Below are positions 26,593-32,666 of a DNA stretch of 32,666 nucleotides, piece after piece. Each line of letters begins with the position of its first letter. The stretch's first letter is position 1. The notes below the pieces were generated by a model. The model searched no databases and was not told where the DNA came from. It worked only from the letters and a program-made list of their open reading frames with translations. The translations under genes were made by a program, and so were the position numbers. The stretch comes from Candidatus Aenigmatarchaeota archaeon (GTDB lineage: Archaea > Aenigmatarchaeota > Aenigmatarchaeia > Aenigmatarchaeales > Aenigmatarchaeaceae), in the NCBI GenBank assembly GCA_021163145.1, contig JAGGXH010000001.1, positions 1 to 32,666 of the forward strand. Reading direction: 5' to 3'.

Positions 26593-27380
26593 TGATAAAA
26601 ATAGGTGTACCATATTGGTATGGTGAACATCCTTTTAATAAATTTGTTAAAAAAACAATAAAGCAAAATATAGATTTTATTGAGATATCTCTTAACTATC
26701 CACATCCTGATAAAATAGGTGATATTGAAACAATAAAAAGAAAATTCAATATTGATATTTCTTTCCATTCTGCATGGGCAGATATTTCATTGTGTAATCC
26801 AATTGATAGTATCAGGAAAACATCTATTGAAATAATAAAAAACCATATCAACTTTTCTAAAAAATTCAATCCATTATATTTTGTTTTTCATCAAAGTACA
26901 AGACTACCTACAATTAAATTTGATGATATAAGAGATATTATATACAAAAATGCTATTAAAACAACAGAAAATTTATTTGAATTTGGTAATAATATTGCTT
27001 TAGAAAACATGTCATTCCCTTTATTATTCGGGAGTTCAACAGATATGTTGTTTATTCTAAATAATGAAAATGGAAATATATGCTTGGATATAGGCCATAT
27101 TGCAAAATATTGTGCAAGGACAAGAAAAAATTTTAAAGAAGAGTTTGATAAATGGATAAATATATTTAAAGAAAAAATATTGGTTGTTCATTTACATGAT
27201 TTTATTCCACCAGAAAAAGACCATGTTCCAATTGGTACAGGAAAGTTAGATATTGAATATATAATAAAAAGAATAAAGGAAACTAATTGCAAATATATAC
27301 TTCTTGAATATCATCACAATTTCAATTTTAATACATATGGTAGAGATATAACTAAAATAAGAAATATGTTAAATATTTAA
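26592..27380 (+). CDS. Sugar phosphate isomerase/epimerase (AP endonuclease 2 TIM barrel) family protein
   Basis: SFHS, VFH, ALENM, CLDIGH, VHLHD, DHVPIG.G.LD and LLE. Confidence 0.9.
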   Translation: MIKIGVPYWYGEHPFNKFVKKTIKQNIDFIEISLNYPHPDKIGDIETIKRKFNIDISFHSAWADISLCNPIDSIRKTSIEIIKNHINFSKKFNPLYFVFHQSTRLPTIKFDDIRDIIYKNAIKTTENLFEFGNNIALENMSFPLLFGSSTDMLFILNNENGNICLDIGHIAKYCARTRKNFKEEFDKWINIFKEKILVVHLHDFIPPEKDHVPIGTGKLDIEYIIKRIKETNCKYILLEYHHNFNFNTYGRDITKIRNMLNI

Positions 27381-27407
27381 ATCTATCTTTTTAATAAAAA
27401 CAAATAG

Positions 27408-27430
27408 TGGTGTGATATAAAACCACACCA
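27408..27430. terminator. Short hairpin between convergent genes, possible terminator
   Basis: tggtgtg (27408-27414) pairs with cacacca (27424-27430), directly after the dnaG stop. A T-rich run follows on the minus strand. Confidence 0.35.
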
Positions 27431-27431
27431 A

Positions 27432-28640
27432 TTATTCTTCTAAATCTTTCATCACTACTGTGTGCAATCCTTCAGGTCTTTTTATTCTTCCTTTAACATC
27501 TTTTCCAACTATCCACTGAACACCAGATTTATAACATATTTTTATCAAATTTTGATCTATTGTACCATCAAAGATTACAATATTTGGTTTTGATTCTTTG
27601 ATCATATTTCCCATTTCTTTTATTGGTACTTTTCCAAGTGGTTCAAAATCAGATGTTAAGAAAAATGCAGCTCTTGTTCCAATCAAATCATCTAAATATT
27701 TTTTAAATATTTCCTTTTTCTCAGGATCAATTATATACTTATTTGATTTTTTGCTGTTTATTTGTTTTATAGACCTAGAATTATATTTTCTTGTTGATCC
27801 TGCTTCTTCTCCTGTTTTATATTCAAATTTTGCTTGATCAACTGGAACTTTTTCTCTTAATGCTTTAAATATTTCTTTTATTGATAAATCTTCAACTTCT
27901 TTTCCTTTTGGTGCTCTTGCTACAAAATCTACATCAGTAACAGATAAAAGTTCTTTTAATATCAAATCTCCGCCTCTATCACCATCTAAAAATACTGTTA
28001 CTATCTTTGTTTTACATAGATCTATCATTTGCTTAGATACAGATGTACCACCATTTGCAATTACATTCTTTATACCAGCTTTTAATAGCTTGACAACATC
28101 TGCTCTTCCCTCAACAACAATTATTGAATCTGAGTCTGCTATAGAAGGTCCTGCAACAAGACCATTATATTCAGTAACCTCAGCTGCTCTAACTTCTTTC
28201 TTTAACTCATCACTTAATTGCTGTGTATCAGGCATGTCTTGCTCCATCATTTTTGCTAATAGTTCTTTTGCTCTATTAATTACATATTGTCTTTTTGTTA
28301 TTCTAACATCTTCTATTTTATCAACTTTTATTTTAGCATTACATGGTCCAACTCTTTCAATTGTTTCTGTACATGCTGCTAACAATGCTGTTTCAGATGC
28401 ATCTAATGAAGATGGAATAATAATTTCTCCATTAGATTTACCATTTTCTGTATTTATTATAACATCAATTCTTCCTACTCTTCCTGTTCTTTGAAGTTCT
28501 CTTAGATCCATGTCAGGACCAAGCAATCCTTCTGTTTGTCCAAATATAGCACCTATTACATCTGGTTTTTCAACAGTACCAGTAGCATGAAATTTAGCAA
28601 TTATTGTGTATTTTGAGCTTGATTGTGCTAATTTTCCCAT
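27432..28640 (-). CDS. dnaG: Archaeal DnaG (bacterial primase-like TOPRIM protein, exosome-associated)
   Basis: VEKPDVIGAIFGQTEGLLG..DLRELQ..GR.GRI, VVEGRADV, FLDGDRGG and ARAP.GKEVE. SD GAGGTGA. Confidence 0.97.
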   Translation of the reverse strand: MGKLAQSSSKYTIIAKFHATGTVEKPDVIGAIFGQTEGLLGPDMDLRELQRTGRVGRIDVIINTENGKSNGEIIIPSSLDASETALLAACTETIERVGPCNAKIKVDKIEDVRITKRQYVINRAKELLAKMMEQDMPDTQQLSDELKKEVRAAEVTEYNGLVAGPSIADSDSIIVVEGRADVVKLLKAGIKNVIANGGTSVSKQMIDLCKTKIVTVFLDGDRGGDLILKELLSVTDVDFVARAPKGKEVEDLSIKEIFKALREKVPVDQAKFEYKTGEEAGSTRKYNSRSIKQINSKKSNKYIIDPEKKEIFKKYLDDLIGTRAAFFLTSDFEPLGKVPIKEMGNMIKESKPNIVIFDGTIDQNLIKICYKSGVQWIVGKDVKGRIKRPEGLHTVVMKDLEE

Positions 28641-28658
28641 TTATTTCACCTCTTTATC

Positions 28659-28751
28659 AATTACAGAAACAGAGTTCTCTTTAAATTAGCCTTCATGGCT
28701 AATTTCTAGCAAATAAATTAATAATCATGATATGAACTCTTTTCTGTAATT
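28659..28751 (-). promoter_or_regulatory. Structured 5' leader of dnaG (candidate cis-regulatory RNA)
   Basis: Outer stem 28659-28677 pairs with 28734-28751 (18 bp, one bulge). Inner perfect 9 bp hairpin aaattagcc-ttcat-ggctaattt at 28683-28705. Confidence 0.55.
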
Positions 28752-28985
28752 ATTAATTTTTTAATATTGTTATTAATTATATATAAAATATTACTTTAAA
28801 TATTTAAATACTTTATGGTAGTTAAATAACATAATAATTATTATAATTAACATTTTATGTGAGACTTATTTAAAAATATTAGTAATTTTAAAATCAAATT
28901 TTGGCGCTATTTGGCTATTAGACTTAAAATTTGAATGTTTTTGATTTTAGATAACTTTATATTACTTTGATAGTAATAGACTATT

Positions 28986-29312
28986 ATGAAAAAGAAAATA
29001 AAGCGAAATAGAACAATAAGAAGAGGAATAGATTATGTAAAACTTAGAAAAATCTGGAAAATATTGGAAATTGCAAGAGATAAAAATACATGGTTATATG
29101 TTGCGCAAATATCAAAGGTAACAAACATACATGAATCAACTATAAGATATTATTTGAACAAGTATCTAAATAGAGCAATTGAGAAAAACCCATCTATACC
29201 ACCTGGCATAAAACTAAGGCAAATACGATTAAAACCAGGAATTTTGCTAGAGAATTATATAAATGCATTGGAACATATTGAAAACAGAAAAAAATCTCTT
29301 AAAAAAACATAA
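28986..29312 (+). CDS. Basic helix-turn-helix protein
   Basis: LYVAQISKVTNIHESTIRYYL HTH pattern. Confidence 0.7.
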   Translation: MKKKIKRNRTIRRGIDYVKLRKIWKILEIARDKNTWLYVAQISKVTNIHESTIRYYLNKYLNRAIEKNPSIPPGIKLRQIRLKPGILLENYINALEHIENRKKSLKKT

Positions 29313-29643
29313 TTTTATCAGCAATTATTTCCAATTCATTTTTATATTTAGAAACTTTTCCAGTTACTGATACAACATCACCTTGTTTTAATTGCTCTGC
29401 TTCAGGTATTTTAGATTTCTTAAAAACTACTACTTTAATATCACCAGAAAAATCATATAATCTAAAAAACGTATTCCCATTTTTTCTAAATATTTGGCCA
29501 ACATTTCCCCTGATTGTTACTTTTTCTCCAAAATGCTTATTTGCTTGAGAAATATCTATTTTGTTTTCAAGATAATTTGTTATAAAATAAATTGATATAA
29601 CTCCAATAATAGCAACAATAATTGAAATTTTTAATATATTCAT
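29299..29643 (-). CDS. Membrane-anchored OB-fold protein
   Basis: N-terminal TM helix, then VTIRGNV...FFRLYDFSGDIKVVVF...GDVVSVTGKV..Y..ELEI. Confidence 0.85.
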   Translation of the reverse strand: MNILKISIIVAIIGVISIYFITNYLENKIDISQANKHFGEKVTIRGNVGQIFRKNGNTFFRLYDFSGDIKVVVFKKSKIPEAEQLKQGDVVSVTGKVSKYKNELEIIADKIMFF

Positions 29644-29734
29644 GATTTTGCTAATAAATAATTAGAATATAATTATTAGTTACTTATATGAGTTTAAATA
29701 TGCATTTAAATGTTTTTCGATAGTATAAATTATT

Positions 29735-30760
29735 ATGAGTAAGCAAAGGCGGGACAAAATTAACATTGAAGCAGACTATGATTTTTTAAGAAAATGCTTT
29801 AATAATGAAGATTATAATTCTGTTATTCAATATACCTATGATATATATTCTGATATTGGAGAGCCGCAGCTTACTAAATGCGAGATGAGAAAAAATAGTA
29901 AGTGTGTTAGAATATGGGATAAACAGGGAAAATTGATTACAATTAATATACCAAATAATAATGACAAGAAAACAGCAGCTTATTTTGCATATATTTTAAG
30001 CAGAATTGGAGGGGTAAATAAAAATAAAATATGTATATATACAGATGATCATATTAGAGTAACTACTAAACACAAAAAAGAACATGCAAACAAATCCTGT
30101 AAAAGAACTCTTGAACAATTAGATACTTTTTTAACAGAATATCAACAACCAAATAAAACATATATGAATAGAGAAACAGATGAAGATGCAGAGTTATTAA
30201 AAATAGCAGGTCTAGAATTTCTTTCAGAAGATATTTCAATCGATACACCTAATTTACAAGATAAACAGCCTATAAGATGGCAACAACTATCACAGAATAA
30301 AAAAGAAGACATAGAATCACTGGTGTCTCTGATAGCATATTCATCAAAAAATTTATCCTTAAGACAAATATCAGAGCATATTATGCAAAAAGCAAATGTA
30401 ATTGTTTCTATACCAACTTTAAAGAAAATAATTTCTGAAAATCAAATAAAAACAATAGCATTACAATATGATTCTCAAGAATATGCTATACTATATAATC
30501 AAGAAGATGAAGATATTAAAGATGATTATCAAATTAAAGAAGAATATATAATTAAATTAAATAATTCAGATACTTTAATAGAAAAGAGAAAGATATCAAT
30601 CGATTATGAGGAAATTCCTGAAAAAGAAGAAATAATAGTAATAGAAAATAGTCAAGAATGGCCATTTGAAGATGATCGAGATTTTATTGGTAGTTATATA
30701 CTTGAGTTCAGAGTAGATAAAAAAACAGGATTATTAAAACCAATATTAAAATATTTTTAA
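29735..30760 (+). CDS. Hypothetical protein with possible internal HTH and acidic C-terminus
   Basis: 341 aa ORF. LSLRQISEHI...VSIPTLKKII is HTH-like. Confidence 0.65.
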   Translation: MSKQRRDKINIEADYDFLRKCFNNEDYNSVIQYTYDIYSDIGEPQLTKCEMRKNSKCVRIWDKQGKLITINIPNNNDKKTAAYFAYILSRIGGVNKNKICIYTDDHIRVTTKHKKEHANKSCKRTLEQLDTFLTEYQQPNKTYMNRETDEDAELLKIAGLEFLSEDISIDTPNLQDKQPIRWQQLSQNKKEDIESLVSLIAYSSKNLSLRQISEHIMQKANVIVSIPTLKKIISENQIKTIALQYDSQEYAILYNQEDEDIKDDYQIKEEYIIKLNNSDTLIEKRKISIDYEEIPEKEEIIVIENSQEWPFEDDRDFIGSYILEFRVDKKTGLLKPILKYF

Positions 30761-30791
30761 GCATATAGTCAATTCTTATACTTATATCCAT

Positions 30792-31325
30792 TTAAATAAA
30801 CTTTTTAACATATAATTTCTCATAAACAGGTCCATTAGGGGTTAAATTTGATTTAAATAATATAATAGACGAGATTTCCATTTCACCAATATAAGATTGT
30901 TCTTTAATTAATGATGTTAATTTATCTTTATTTCTATTAGATTTAACTCTACCAATTGTTAAATGAGGAACATATGATTTTTCTTCTGAAAAACCGAGTT
31001 GTTTTAATCCTTCTTTTAATAAATTATACATTTCAATTATATTTTCTTTTGGTTCTATATTTAACCACACTACTCTTATATAATCAAGTGAAGGAAAGGC
31101 TCCTGCGCCATTTATATTTACTTTAAATGGTTTTAAAGAAATTTTATTCATTATTTTTTTAATTAGATCAATTTTATCATTTTCAATATCACCCAAGAAA
31201 ATTAAATTAATATGTAAGTTTTCTTTCTCAACAAGTTTTATATCAAAATTAGAAAATCTTTTTTGGATCTTTGCAATTTTTTCCTTTAAATCATCAGATA
31301 TATCTATTCCAATAAAGCATCTCAT
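30792..31325 (-). CDS. thpR: RNA 2',3'-cyclic phosphodiesterase (2H phosphoesterase)
   Basis: MRCFIGID, ENLHINL.FLG, GAFP...RVVW, PHLTIGR and S.LTP.GPVY. Confidence 0.93.
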   Translation of the reverse strand: MRCFIGIDISDDLKEKIAKIQKRFSNFDIKLVEKENLHINLIFLGDIENDKIDLIKKIMNKISLKPFKVNINGAGAFPSLDYIRVVWLNIEPKENIIEMYNLLKEGLKQLGFSEEKSYVPHLTIGRVKSNRNKDKLTSLIKEQSYIGEMEISSIILFKSNLTPNGPVYEKLYVKKFI

Positions 31326-31427
31326 ACTATATTTTACACAACAACAATATTTATATGTGATAAACTTCCTTTATTATTTACTTAACAAATTTTATAACAC
31401 CCAGAGCCGCGATACGGGTGATAATTT

Positions 31428-32666
31428 ATGAAAAAAAACTTAATATCTAGGTCAGAGGTAGAAACCTTCTATATTGAAGATAAATCAAATATAAATTTTT
31501 GGTTAGCTAGAACAGAAAAATATTCTCCACAAAATGTTATTAAAGCATGTTTAAGAGCAGGTGCATCTTATGATGTTGCACAAGAGATAGCAAGAGAGCT
31601 TGATAATTATGCTGATTCTAGAATAAAAATGTCTGAAATCAGACCACTTATCTATAAATTATTATTATCAAAAGATAGACAAGCTGCTAAAAAATTTAAA
31701 GCAGGTGAAATTTATGTTGATACAAGTTTGGAAACAATAGAGGTCTTTAATAGAAACAAAATTGTAAAATCATTGATAAAAGAAACTGGATTAGATGAAT
31801 CAATAGCTGAACAAATTGCATTTGAAACAGAAAAATTTATTAAAAATTCAAATTTAGATCATGTTTCTGCTCCTCTTATAAGAGAAATAGTTAATTTCAA
31901 GTTGCTAGAACATGGATTAAAAAAAGAAAGAAATCTTTATACAAGAATTGGTATGCCAGTTGCTGATTTAACAAATTTAATAAACAGAGGCTCAAAAGAA
32001 AATGCAAATTTACAATATAATCCAGAGACAATACATAAAATAATGGCAGATTCTGTAAGTAAAGAATATACAATGTTAAAAATATTGCCACATGATATAA
32101 CTGATGCACATCTAAAAGCACAAATTCATGTACATGATATGGATTATTTTTGTATTGATGGGGAAACTCCAATATGGACAGTTAATCCAGAGCCACATTT
32201 TACAACTATTGGCAATATAATTGATGAAAAAATAAATTATAATTATTCAGATGTTGTCGTAAAAAGAACTAATATGAAAATTTTTTCAGGAATTGACGAT
32301 TCTTATCCACTTAATATAACTCATATAATAAAAAGAAGACCTATAGGAAATTTTTATAAATTAGTATTCTCAAATGGTGATTGTATAAAATGTCTAGGAA
32401 TGCACAAAATGTTTACATTAAGGTTACCATATAAAAAAATACGAACAATAAAATATTTATCAACTAAGAATTTAATAGAAAATTCAAAAGGATTCCATAT
32501 AGAAAGAAGCAAGTTTGATATCCCAAAGCAAATTACTGTGACAGATGAACTTAATTTTATTTTAAATCAGGTTCTTTATGGAAGAACAATAAAAGAAAGA
32601 ATTATATTCAGAACAGAATTTAATAATAAGCTAGAAACCGCTTTAAATAAACTTAATATACCTTAT
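31428..32666 (+). CDS. nrdD: Anaerobic (class III) ribonucleotide reductase with two ATP cones and an intein; 3' end cut off by the window edge
   Basis: Not in the track because there is no stop in the window. ATG at 31428 follows SD GGGTGAT. Translation includes 'FNRNKIVKSLIKET...SAPLIREIVN.KL', 'YTRIGMPV', 'KENANL..NPETIH' and 'DAHL...IHVHDMDYF'. Confidence 0.93.
   Translation, partial: MKKNLISRSEVETFYIEDKSNINFWLARTEKYSPQNVIKACLRAGASYDVAQEIARELDNYADSRIKMSEIRPLIYKLLLSKDRQAAKKFKAGEIYVDTSLETIEVFNRNKIVKSLIKETGLDESIAEQIAFETEKFIKNSNLDHVSAPLIREIVNFKLLEHGLKKERNLYTRIGMPVADLTNLINRGSKENANLQYNPETIHKIMADSVSKEYTMLKILPHDITDAHLKAQIHVHDMDYFCIDGETPIWTVNPEPHFTTIGNIIDEKINYNYSDVVVKRTNMKIFSGIDDSYPLNITHIIKRRPIGNFYKLVFSNGDCIKCLGMHKMFTLRLPYKKIRTIKYLSTKNLIENSKGFHIERSKFDIPKQITVTDELNFILNQVLYGRTIKERIIFRTEFNNKLETALNKLNIPY
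32151..32666 (+). mobile_element. Intein in NrdD (N-terminal part only)
   Basis: After HDMDYF the NrdD similarity stops and CIDGETPIW (block A) begins. Block B-like FYKLVFSNGDCIKCLGMHKMF follows, then an eroded LAGLIDADG-like helix ELNFILNQVLYG. Confidence 0.82.

Noticed and set aside
28659-28751. dnaG leader considered as a tRNA, C/D box sRNA, SECIS or known riboswitch
   Set aside because: No cloverleaf or T-loop, no CUGA box D, and no recognisable aptamer consensus. Retained only as an unknown structure.
28889-28949. Overlapping inverted repeats (taaaatcaaa/tttgatttta and tcaaatttt/aaaatttga) upstream of the HTH gene
   Set aside because: Almost entirely A/T, so weak evidence in this genome. 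A possible operator but not supportable.
29735-30760. Possible IS630-like transposase because of the HTH segment
   Set aside because: No DDE catalytic motifs or terminal inverted repeats were seen.
30792-31325. First 2H motif reads HIN rather than HxT, suggesting inactivation
   Set aside because: Both catalytic His residues are present and the second motif is canonical. A single substitution is not enough to claim loss of function.

Overview
Very AT-rich, gene-dense archaeal chromosomal window. Gene content and compact proteins suggest a DPANN lineage, possibly Aenigmarchaeota-like, which is inference only. The centre is a probable replication origin (about six ORB boxes plus an AT-rich tract, 15098-15376) beside a minus-strand cdc6/orc1 operon. 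After cdc6 come a catalytically dead, collapsed homologue of the PolD small subunit DP1 and an intein-containing family B DNA polymerase. That PolB ends in a Zn finger closely resembling the DP1-binding Zn-III module of PolD DP2, which parallels the eukaryotic 'PolB plus B-subunit' replicase. A second notable block holds archaeosine TGT and a single protein fusing a RaSEA-like radical SAM domain to an ArcS-like (DUF5591) domain, translationally coupled to a Dph6-type PP-loop ATPase and a class I glutamine amidotransferase. Also present: a partial IS200/IS605 tnpA with its end hairpin at the left edge, a GGR/SGNH/Nudix/flippase operon, secF-secD (SecD with a PDZ-like insert), NAC, a TctA-like permease, peptidases, dnaG with a structured 5' leader, thpR, and a partial nrdD with two ATP cones and an intein at the right edge. 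No rRNA, tRNA or CRISPR array was seen. All family calls come from motif recognition by eye; no database search was run.
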